This document shows positions 17,165 to 25,590 of a stretch of DNA of 27,313 nucleotides, piece by piece. The stretch lies in NCBI GenBank assembly GCA_041500405.1, contig JBGQMB010000010.1:1-27313 (forward strand). Reading direction: 5' to 3'. Made by a program: the position numbers and the translations under genes. Below the pieces are notes generated by a model that ran no database searches, had not been told where the DNA came from, and worked only from the letters and a program-made list of their open reading frames with translations. Within the stretch, counting starts at the first letter, position 1; each line of letters starts with the position of its first letter. This stretch comes from Candidatus Micrarchaeia archaeon. Lineage in GTDB: Archaea; Micrarchaeota; Micrarchaeia; Anstonellales; J096.

Positions 17165-17386
17165 TCACTTCACTTCCTTCCGCGACTGCGCCATGCCCTT
17201 TATGCAATAGTACTGGCCTGAAAGCTTCAGTGCGGAATAAACCGGGCATCCGGCGCATATGCAGCCGTTTTCCGCTTTTATGCATTTGCTTTTTCCGATG
17301 ACGCAGAACGCCCTGCGCTCCTCGCATTCCGCATAGCTGGGGCACGCCGCGCATATGCACCTTGCAAAGGCCTCATCGCGGTCCAT
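17165..17386 (-). CDS. Cys-rich small protein (DUF2769-like)
   Basis: CICAACPSYAEC...FC..GKSKCI...GCICAGCPV...YYC pattern. Confidence 0.8.
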   Translation of the reverse strand: MDRDEAFARCICAACPSYAECEERRAFCVIGKSKCIKAENGCICAGCPVYSALKLSGQYYCIKGMAQSRKEVK

Positions 17387-17434
17387 GGATATGGATTGTC
17401 AGGGGAGGTTTTTATTGCTTGCCTTTGTAACAGC

Positions 17435-18178
17435 CTAAATCCCGAGCAGGGCCATCAGCTCTTTCTCGCTTTCAAGCGCCATCTGCGCCCTTGACTCGAA
17501 GCCGAGCTCCTTATAGAACCTGAACGCATGCGGGTGCGGGAGGATGAACGGAGTTGTTATCGTGAATCCCATCAGCTTGGATGATGTGATGTACGCATTG
17601 GCGTCGCCGAACCTCTTGACGTAATTTTTCACCAAATCGGATTCAAGCGCCTTCGCCGGGTCTATCATCCTGTTTCCTATGAGCGAGTGCGTGAACGAGA
17701 ATCTTATCGCATGCTTTTCCATCTTCCCAGTGGTTATGCTCTTCGCGGATTTTTCCCCTGAAAAAGAGATGGCGGCGTTGGCGCCGTCCTTTCCGATGCT
17801 TAATTCGCCTTTTGAAAAGTGAACCGCTATGTAATGGAGGGAGCGCTCCTCGCCATGGCTGTTTATCGCATGGTTTGAAAGCAGCAAAATGCTTTCCTTG
17901 AAAAAAACAAGGCCCCTGAACGAGCCGCTGGTGAAATTATCCTCCAATGCAATTCCATCAACAAAAAGCCCCTGGTAATAGTTTGTCGGGACGGAATACG
18001 GCTTGTGAGCCTCAAACACCAAAATGCTGCCCGGAAGCGGAAGCTTCACGGATGAGATGAACCTGCTTTTTTCCTGCTCCTTTATTGTCGGGGAGTCCAG
18101 CGGCTCCCTTGGCCTAAGCACATTTCCCATCAGGGAGCAGTATTCAGGCAGTTCCCTTACCCTTTCCAGAAGCGTCAT
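17435..18178 (-). CDS. Hypothetical protein
   Basis: 247-aa ORF co-oriented with and overlapping the 3' end of slyD. Confidence 0.7.
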   Translation of the reverse strand: MTLLERVRELPEYCSLMGNVLRPREPLDSPTIKEQEKSRFISSVKLPLPGSILVFEAHKPYSVPTNYYQGLFVDGIALEDNFTSGSFRGLVFFKESILLLSNHAINSHGEERSLHYIAVHFSKGELSIGKDGANAAISFSGEKSAKSITTGKMEKHAIRFSFTHSLIGNRMIDPAKALESDLVKNYVKRFGDANAYITSSKLMGFTITTPFILPHPHAFRFYKELGFESRAQMALESEKELMALLGI

Positions 18179-18803
18179 TTATCTCCCTTTTGTATGCCGG
18201 AAACAGGAGTTCGAGGTTTGAGTACAATATTCCCCTGTTGCTTTCCTTGTCCTCCTTGACCGTCACGGTTATCTTCTTCCCCTTTTCATCAACAGCGGTC
18301 TCCCCTGCTATGGAAAGCGTTTCGCACAGCTTGGAAACCTTTTCCCCCACGTCGCCTATGACTTTCGCGACTTTCAGGTCGTAAAACACCTTCTTGCCTG
18401 CCAAGGGATGGTTGAAATCAACAGTTACCCTTCCGTTGGATATGCTCTTTATTGTGCCTGTAAGCTTTCCGCTCGGGACGTTTATGACCATCACCATGCC
18501 GGGCGCGAGGTTCTTGTATCCGGCCTTTATGAATTCCGAGACAGGATAAACCTTTACCTTTTCTACGTTCTTTTCGCCGAATGCCTCCTTGGGCTCAAGC
18601 GATATTTTTGCGGATTCACCCTGCTTCATGCCCTTTAGCGCATCGTGTATGCCTTTCACTATCACGGCATAGCCGTATATGATGAGCATCGGGCCCTCCT
18701 TGCCGTGGAGAGTCTTGGCTATCTCCCCGTTTGTGCTGTCGAACACCTGGCCGGCTGCGTCCCTGCCCTCCATCTCAAGCAATACAAAATCCCCTTTTTC
18801 CAT
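18144..18803 (-). CDS. slyD: FKBP-type peptidyl-prolyl isomerase (archaeal long-type SlyD-like)
   Basis: GDFV, VFDST, PKEAFG, VDFNHPLAGK. Confidence 0.9.
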   Translation of the reverse strand: MEKGDFVLLEMEGRDAAGQVFDSTNGEIAKTLHGKEGPMLIIYGYAVIVKGIHDALKGMKQGESAKISLEPKEAFGEKNVEKVKVYPVSEFIKAGYKNLAPGMVMVINVPSGKLTGTIKSISNGRVTVDFNHPLAGKKVFYDLKVAKVIGDVGEKVSKLCETLSIAGETAVDEKGKKITVTVKEDKESNRGILYSNLELLFPAYKREINDASGKGKGTA

Positions 18804-18849
18804 CGCAATACACCATCTTTTAAAATGCTTTTCAGGTTAGGTGAGGGAT

Positions 18850-19884
18850 ATGGACAAGCAAACCATATATAAATTTATTGCAATAGGCATCGCCGCGGTG
18901 GTCCTTTTCCTCGGTGACATCCTGCTCTTCGGCAGCAGCACGAGCAGCAGCCAGCAGCCGGCGAGCCATTACATGATAGGCATACTCGAGGCAAACTACA
19001 CGCTCGAGTCCTACAAGGGCATAGTGCAGATATCAAATCCTGTCAATTTCAGCGAAATAAGGCAGAACATATCCGAAATGCCGGGCGTAAAGAAGGTATA
19101 CGAGAATCCCGACACAATCCTCATAACAACTGAAAATGAAAATGCATCAATGGAGATATATAGGTTTGCCGACGGCAAATACGGAAGGGTTTACGCCAAG
19201 GCAGTGCTTGCGCCGGAGGGAACCGGCGTCCTGAACGGCACGTATGATGTCAATGTCTCCCTGCCGCTTGAGGTTTACATGAAGCCCACAATAAAGACTG
19301 GAAGCAGGATGGGTATTATTGCAGAGGCGGCCGTTGTTGACGGAAGCGTCAGCGCGATGGGCACTGCGCGGATATCCAGCGAAAGAAAAAGGGTAGACGT
19401 GGTGGGCGCGATACTGAATGTCTCGGAAATGGTTTACAGATACGAAATTGACTTTGAGAACAGGACCGCGATAGCGGATTATGCGAACTCCACGGCCGAG
19501 ATATCCAACACCGTTTACCTCAACGCGACCCCGCTCAGCAAAAAGGAATATGTGGAATGGGTCGGGGACAGCTACATAATAGTCAATGGCAACATGACAA
19601 ACAAGACGATGATAATGCAGGACTACGGCAACGCGACATTCCCGAGCTCATATTTGAAGTCCCCTGTCCCGCTCGGCATTGGCTTCGCAAATGGCGTGAA
19701 GGAGGTCGCAACCGTGAGTGTCTCGACTGCGGATTCGCCATACCGGATTCCTGATGAAATAATAGAGGTGAGCCTTGAAGACTGGAAGAACGCTACCGCG
19801 GTCAGCCTTGTGCTCAGCGCAGAGGTGTCCGGGGATGTGGTGCTCGACTACATTGTCATTGGGAGCTCTCCTGTCTATTCTTGA
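18850..19884 (+). CDS. Membrane-anchored extracellular glycoprotein (hypothetical)
   Basis: N-terminal TM/signal segment, Ser-rich linker, 14 N-x-S/T sequons counted, GGTGAGG SD. Confidence 0.75.
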   Translation: MDKQTIYKFIAIGIAAVVLFLGDILLFGSSTSSSQQPASHYMIGILEANYTLESYKGIVQISNPVNFSEIRQNISEMPGVKKVYENPDTILITTENENASMEIYRFADGKYGRVYAKAVLAPEGTGVLNGTYDVNVSLPLEVYMKPTIKTGSRMGIIAEAAVVDGSVSAMGTARISSERKRVDVVGAILNVSEMVYRYEIDFENRTAIADYANSTAEISNTVYLNATPLSKKEYVEWVGDSYIIVNGNMTNKTMIMQDYGNATFPSSYLKSPVPLGIGFANGVKEVATVSVSTADSPYRIPDEIIEVSLEDWKNATAVSLVLSAEVSGDVVLDYIVIGSSPVYS

Positions 19885-22800
19885 CCTCAACTATCTTGGA
19901 GCCGGCCGTTGTTTTCGCGACGCCGACTATGAGCTGGCATTTGCCGAGCACTATCTCGTTGTGGCTGACCAGTATGAACTGGGTTGATGAGGATATGCCG
20001 TTTATCAGGTCTATCATCCTTTCGCTGTTGAGCTTGTCCAATGACGCGTCAACCTCGTCCAGCACGTAGAACGGGGACGGCCTCACGAAAAGCATTGCAA
20101 ATATGAACATCAGCGAAACGACGGTCTTTTCGCCGCCAGAAAGCGCGTGCAGGCTTATCTCCTTGCTGTTCCTCACGACCTTTATGTGCAGGCCGCTCTC
20201 GAACGGGTCCTGCTCGTTGTCAAGGCTTATTGTTCCGCTCCCGAAGTGGTGAAGGCGCGAGAACAGCTCCTCGAAGTTCTTCTTCACGCTGCTGTAAGTC
20301 GAAAAGAACGCCTCCTTCTTCCTCTTGTTCACCTCGTCCATAAGCTGGATGATGCTGTCCTTCTCAACCTTGAGCTTTTCCAGCCTTTCCTTTATATCGC
20401 CGACTTCATCATAAAGCCTGTAGTATGTTTCCTTTGCCGCGAAGTTTACGGATTGTGTCCCTGCAAGGCTTTCCTCAAGCTCCTTCATCCTTTTCTCAAG
20501 CTCGAGCCTGCCGGCCTCAAGGAGCGTGGAGTTCTTGTAGCCCTCGATTGAGCGCTCCAAATCCTCCAGCCTTGTGCCAACTGACGCCAAATCAACCTCT
20601 ATTTTGCCTATTTCCCTCTCCGCCTTTGCGAGCCGCTCGGAAAGCGATTTCTCCTGCACGCCGAAGTCCTGGAGCTCCTTTTCAATCTGCCTGGTTTTGT
20701 CCATCAGCTGGTTGAGGATTTGGTTTCCCCTGCCCATCTCGGTCTCCTTGGCGACAAGCTCGCCTTCCTTCATCCTCAGCGTGTCTGTTCCGGACCTCCT
20801 TTCCTTCTCAATCCCCGATATTCTGGATTCCGTTTCCTTTATCTCTTTTTGGAGCGCGGCGATTTTGCTGTGCATGGACTCCTTTTCTGTCCCGAAGTTC
20901 TTCACCCTTTCAAGCAGCATGGCCTTGAGCGACGTCTTCTCAAGCGCCTGCTTCTCGTATTCCGCCTCCTCTATGTTGAGCTTCTCGAGTATCCTGTCCC
21001 TGTCGGCAGTGAGCTTTTCCATTTCCTTCCTTATGGATTCCATTTCATTTGCAAGCGCCTCGGCCCTTGCCTTTTGGGCCTCCATGGATTGCCTGGCATT
21101 GAACACCTCTTCCTTGAGCTGGTCTGCGCTTGCTTTCGGCCTTTTCTCGGCTGTGCCCTCCTTGAACGACGAGAGCCTTGCCTCAAGATGGGCCTTGCGT
21201 TCCCGGTTTTTCGAGAACAGGTCCTTGACCTCCTTCAGTTGGTTTATCTGCGACTCCCTTTCCGTCCTGACCACGTCAAGATCCTGCTCGGCCGAGGAGA
21301 GCGCCTTGTTCACTGCAAGGCTTGATGCGGATTTTCCGCCTGTCACCGCGCCGCTGGACTCAAACAGCGTTCCATCCATGGTGACCGTCCTGTGCCTTCC
21401 GGAGAGCCTCTTTCCCTCGTCGAATGTGTTTACGACTACAGTGTCCCCGAATACGTATTCGATTGCCTTTGTGAACAGCGCATCGCACGTGACAAAGTCC
21501 CTGAGCATGCCTATCCCTTCCTTGATGCTTGAGACGTTCGCCCTTATCTCCGCAAGCGGAATTATCGTTACCCTCCCTATTTTCGCATCCTTGAGGTATT
21601 CAATGACTTCCTTGGCCGTGTTCTGGTCCGAGACAACGACATAATTAAGCCTTCCTGCCGCAGAAGCCTCAACCGCCTCCGCGAACTTCTCGTCAAACTG
21701 TATCAGGTCTATTACCTTGCCGTATATGCCGTCAACCTTGCCGGAGCTTTTCAGCTCGTCGACATAATGGAGCGCGGGGTTGACCTTCTGCGTCCCTGCG
21801 GATGCGCGCATTATCGCTATCCTTTCCCTTAGCCTTATTGTTTTTTTGTCCGATTCCGTTATCTCGACATTGAGGCGCTTCTCCCTTTCAAACAGCGCCA
21901 TGGACTCCTTTTCAACGGCTTGAGGTCGCGCTCTATCACAGCCGTTTCATCCTTTGCGCTTTCCCTGCTGCTTATGATATCGTCAAGCATGCCCTCCTTT
22001 ATCTTGAGCATCTCGCCGTCCTTGAGTATTGATGATGAAAGCGATGCGGACTCCACCTCCCGCATGTGAAGCCCCTTTGACTTTGTTTCCAGCTCCGCCC
22101 TTATCTTTGCGAGCTTCTCGTCCTCCTTCCTTATCTTGTCAACGTTGATGTTCGCCGCCTCTGACCTGGACTGCTTTATGCCGTCGTCAAGCTCAACCGC
22201 CCTTGTCTGCAGGCCGGAAAGCTCGCTGTTCTTGGCGGAAAGCTGCTCGCTGAACATCCTTTCCTTTTCGTCAAGGTTCCTTGTGGCCTCCTTCCTGACC
22301 GCGATATCAGCCTTGAGCTGCTCGATTGCCTTGAACACTTCATTGCGCTTGACCTTTTCCTCTATCTCCCTGTTGAGCAGGACCCTGTCGTCCATTATCC
22401 TCTGTATGCCGTTCCTGACGTCCGCCAGGCGCGCAAGCGTCTCGTCCTTGGTGACGGTCGCCTCCTCCTTTTTCTTGTTGTAGCGGGTTTCCTCCTGCCT
22501 TATCCTCTCTATCTCCCTGAATGTGAGCGTGTACTTTATGTCTTCCAGCTCCTGCTTCATCTTGGTGTATGCCTCGGCGCGCTCCATCTCCGCCTTCAGC
22601 TCGTCCAGGTATTTCAGCCTCTCGCCCAAAATAAGGTTGGCCTCCTTTATCCTCTGGTCTGCGGCCTCCAGCTCCTTCAGCGCCTCCTGCCTCTTCATCT
22701 CATATTCCGAGATGCCCGCCAGGTCGTCTATGTATTCCCTCAGCTCCTTTGGCTTCAGGTCCGCGACCTTGTTTATCTCGCCCTGTCCTATGACGACCCT

Positions 22801-23175
22801 TCTTGGCGAGTAAAGCCCCTTCTTTATCAGGAAGTTCTGGAGCTCCTTGCCTGTAAGCCTCTTTCCATTGAGCCTGTATTCTGTTGTGCCGTCCTTGTCG
22901 ATGTCCCTGAGTATTTCCAGGTCTTCGGCGTCGCTGAACGTAAGCGAAACTGATGCCGATTGCGTTCCGTAATGCATCAGGTGCTTTGTGGAATCCGCCC
23001 TCAATGCCTTGAGCGATGTTTCCCCGAGAATGAACCTTATCGCGTCGCAGATGTTGGACTTTCCGCTTCCGTTGGGCCCCGCGAGCGCGTTGACGCCGTT
23101 CACCATCCTTATGTCCGCGTTCTTGAATGATTTGAAGTTCCGAAGGATTATCCTGCTGATGTACACAGTTCCCAT
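19856..23175 (-). CDS. smc: Chromosome segregation protein SMC, interrupted by a single frameshift near 21919
   Basis: The 21859..23175 ORF has Walker A GPNGSGKSN and a Q-loop. The 19856..21901 ORF has the hinge (GIYGKVIDLI, GRVTIIPL, VTMDG..FESSGAVTGG), LSGGEK and FYVLDEVDASLD. Inserting one base joins them into about 1106 aa. Confidence 0.92.
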
Positions 23176-23221
23176 TCAGCCTATAAACCTTTTAAATATT
23201 CTACTTGCCCAGATTAGCCAT

Positions 23222-24136
23222 ATGAGGATACTGCTCCAGTTCCCTGAAGGCCTCAAAAGGCACGCCCTTGAGCATGCCGAGAGGCTGGAAAGGGGGGGAA
23301 ACGAGGTTTTCCTGCTTGCCAGGGCCACATACGGCGCATGCGACTTGCCGGTGGATGAGGCCAGGGAACTCAAGGCAGACAAGATAGTCCATTTCGGCCA
23401 TTGCAAATTCGGGAAGCTGGACATCGGGATACCGGTTGAATATGTTCCTTTTGGGATAAGGATGGATGCCAATGCGCTGAAGGGGTTTGCCGGTTTTCTG
23501 AAGGGGCGCGGCGTAAAAAGGATTGGCATTGCCACCACTGTCCAGCACATTGGCCAATTGAAGGAGATGAAGAGGCTATTCGCAGGCAGCGGCATTGAAG
23601 CGATGACAAAGCGCGGCAGGGTCTCCGGCCATGAGGGGCAGGTGCTTGGGTGCGACGCGTCCGCGCTTGATTTGGATGTTGGCACGGTTGCGGTAATAGC
23701 TGACGGCATGTTCCATGCGCTTGCTGCCGCGAGCCTTGGGGGAAAAACCGTTTATGCCGTCAATCCGCTCAGCGGCAAGTGGAAGGAGATAAACAAGGAG
23801 ATTGGGCTTATTAAAAAAAGAGAAATGGCGTCGTTGGCATTGGCCTATGATGCGAAGGTTTTCGGCATACTTGTCTCGACAAAGCCGGGGCAGTATGGCT
23901 TGAAAACTGCTGAAGGCGCAAAAAGGGGCATTGAGAAGGCAGGAAGGAAGGCGTTTATCCTTGTCTCAAACGAGCTCAGGGCAGTTGACATCGCGAATTT
24001 CACGTTTTTCGACGCATTCATCAACACGGCATGCCCGAGGATGACGGACGATGCAGCGGAGTTTGGCAAACCCATTATAAACGTTGGCATGCTAAGAGGG
24101 CTATTAAGCATGTGGAATGCTAAAAAGAGGCAATGA
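23222..24136 (+). CDS. dph2: Diphthamide biosynthesis enzyme Dph2
   Basis: LQFPEGLK, YGACD, VHFGH, GQVLGCD, STKPGQ, TACPR (three Fe-S cysteines). TTTTAAATA at 23190-23198 is shared with the divergent smc. Confidence 0.93.
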   Translation: MRILLQFPEGLKRHALEHAERLERGGNEVFLLARATYGACDLPVDEARELKADKIVHFGHCKFGKLDIGIPVEYVPFGIRMDANALKGFAGFLKGRGVKRIGIATTVQHIGQLKEMKRLFAGSGIEAMTKRGRVSGHEGQVLGCDASALDLDVGTVAVIADGMFHALAAASLGGKTVYAVNPLSGKWKEINKEIGLIKKREMASLALAYDAKVFGILVSTKPGQYGLKTAEGAKRGIEKAGRKAFILVSNELRAVDIANFTFFDAFINTACPRMTDDAAEFGKPIINVGMLRGLLSMWNAKKRQ

Positions 24137-24261
24137 ATATGATGAAGACAATAAAAGCACTGCATAGCAAATTGATGGCTAAGCTTGGGGGCCTTGGAAA
24201 GAAAAAGGCGGCTGAAAGGAAAGCCAAGAAGGCAAAGAAGCGCAAGCCCAGGAAAAGGTAG
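24133..24261 (+). CDS. 42-aa Lys/Arg-rich peptide (not in the ORF track)
   Basis: ATGA overlap with the dph2 stop. Translation: MNMMKTIKALHSKLMAKLGGLGKKKAAERKAKKAKKRKPRKR. Confidence 0.6.
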   Translation: MNMMKTIKALHSKLMAKLGGLGKKKAAERKAKKAKKRKPRKR

Positions 24262-24326
24262 GCGCTTTGCCGTCGTCAGTGCGCTGGGATTCTGCCTAGC
24301 GCAGGACAACAAAAACAGGTGATTCT

Positions 24327-24479
24327 ATGGCAGCTGAAATGGGAGAATTCAAGGGAAACAAGATGATAATACTCAAGAGGAGCGAGGATGACAAGTACCC
24401 GTTCATGTTCGGGAAGTCCAAGGCTAAATTGATTGTTGAGAACTACGAGGCAATACAGAAGTTCGCGGCAGAAGAGTGA
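24327..24479 (+). CDS. 50-aa small protein (not in the ORF track)
   Basis: AGGTGA SD at 24317-24322. Translation: MAAEMGEFKGNKMIILKRSEDDKYPFMFGKSKAKLIVENYEAIQKFAAEE. Typical codon usage. Confidence 0.8.
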   Translation: MAAEMGEFKGNKMIILKRSEDDKYPFMFGKSKAKLIVENYEAIQKFAAEE

Positions 24480-24908
24480 TTATCTTGCTGAAAATGGGCT
24501 GAAGCCGGATTTCAGCAGGTTCCTTATTGGAAGGAACAGCGGTTGCGGCATGCTGTTCCAGCTGAACCATCCCCATTCGGTAAATTTATCTGGCTCAAGC
24601 AGTTTTGGCTCGCCGGAATCATAATCCGCGAGCATTATTATTGTTATATAGTGCAGGTTTTCCTTTTCAAAGACGTCGTTGGTTATTGTCGCGAAGCGCA
24701 CGTTCCTTATTTTCACGCCGGCTTCCTCAAGCGCCTCGCGCTTTGCGCAATGCTCAAAACTTTCGCCGAATTCAAGGTGGCCGCCAGTAGGTGACCAGTC
24801 GCCGTCGCCATGGGCATTTTTTCTTCTTCCCATCAGAACCTTACCGTTCTTTATTATTAGCACGCCGATGCCGACGCGCGGCCTGTTTTTTTCCATATGT
24901 ATCGCCAT
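24480..24908 (-). CDS. Nudix hydrolase (MutT/NUDT15-like)
   Basis: Nudix box GGHLEFGESFEHCAKREALEEAG, plus RPRVGIG, HYIT and EPDK. Confidence 0.92.
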   Translation of the reverse strand: MAIHMEKNRPRVGIGVLIIKNGKVLMGRRKNAHGDGDWSPTGGHLEFGESFEHCAKREALEEAGVKIRNVRFATITNDVFEKENLHYITIIMLADYDSGEPKLLEPDKFTEWGWFSWNSMPQPLFLPIRNLLKSGFSPFSAR

Positions 24909-24916
24909 AACCGAAG

Positions 24917-24989
24917 TAGCCCCGCCCGGATTCGAACCGGGGTCCCCAGGTCCAAAGCCTGGTATCCTTAGCCGCTAGACTACGGGGCT
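24917..24989 (-). tRNA. tRNA-Gln(UUG)
   Basis: Acceptor stem AGCCCCG/CGGGGCT (A1-U72, archaeal Gln hallmark). Anticodon arm CCAGG-CT TTG GA-CCTGG. T loop TTCGAAT. Confidence 0.95.
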
Positions 24990-25044
24990 ATGTCTTATAT
25001 TAGGCCAGCAAACGGTTTTAAAGTTAGATGATGATATCCATCTA

Positions 25045-25590
25045 ATGGACGACAAAAAGGGTATAATCGCTCTTTACCTGAAGACAGTGCGCGGCATCGG
25101 CGAAAAGGGGTACGGCGCGCTGGACGAAAAGGAAAAGTCCATGCTTGAAAGGAGCGGCGAACGCCATATCCTCAAATCCGAATACAGGAACAGGATAAAG
25201 GTCATTCTTGTTGGAGGCGTGTTCGACCTTTTGCATGCAGGGCACATCTTCTTCCTAAACAAGGCAAAGGCGCTTGGCGACGTCTTGGTCATAAGCGTAG
25301 GAAGGGACGACCATATAAGGAAAAAGGGAAGGGAGCCTTTGCATGGACTGAATGAAAGGGTTGAGGTTCTGAACAGCCTGAAGATGGTTGACCTTGCGAT
25401 GCCCGGGATGAGCAAAATAAAGACGGAAAAGGACTATTTGGGGACAATACAGATTGTTGACCCTGACATAATCGCGCTTGGATACGACCAGAAGGGCATT
25501 CCTGAAACAGGCAGGGCAAAAGTGATAAGGATAGAGCACTCGTACAGGCCGGACGAACTGAAAACCAGCAAGATAATCAAAAATCGTTGA
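25045..25590 (+). CDS. Cytidylyltransferase-family nucleotidyltransferase (archaeal FAD synthase RibL-like) with N-terminal extension
   Basis: GGVFDLLHAGH (HxGH), ER...LKMVD, PDIIALGYDQ, KTSKII. Confidence 0.8.
   Translation: MDDKKGIIALYLKTVRGIGEKGYGALDEKEKSMLERSGERHILKSEYRNRIKVILVGGVFDLLHAGHIFFLNKAKALGDVLVISVGRDDHIRKKGREPLHGLNERVEVLNSLKMVDLAMPGMSKIKTEKDYLGTIQIVDPDIIALGYDQKGIPETGRAKVIRIEHSYRPDELKTSKIIKNR

Noticed and set aside
18144..18178. 35-nt overlap of slyD with the next gene, possible second frameshift
   Set aside because: The slyD C-terminus is variable, and nothing in the sequence distinguishes an indel from a natural overlap.
18932..18960. AGC/CAG-rich short repeat
   Set aside because: It encodes a Ser/Gln linker and is not a regulatory repeat or array.
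20574..21644. 356-aa plus-strand ORF and other long antisense ORFs over smc
   Set aside because: Ser/Leu/Phe-rich antisense shadow of the Glu/Lys-rich coiled coil, with no independent coding signals.
22988..23221. N-terminal extensions of dph2 (and likewise 8602-8799, 13399-13527, 14828-15007)
   Set aside because: They overlap divergent genes and promoters. Downstream ATGs fit the family N-termini and TATA spacing.
23845..24312. 155-aa minus-strand ORF
   Set aside because: It is antisense to dph2 and to the basic peptide, and the plus-strand ORFs explain the region better.
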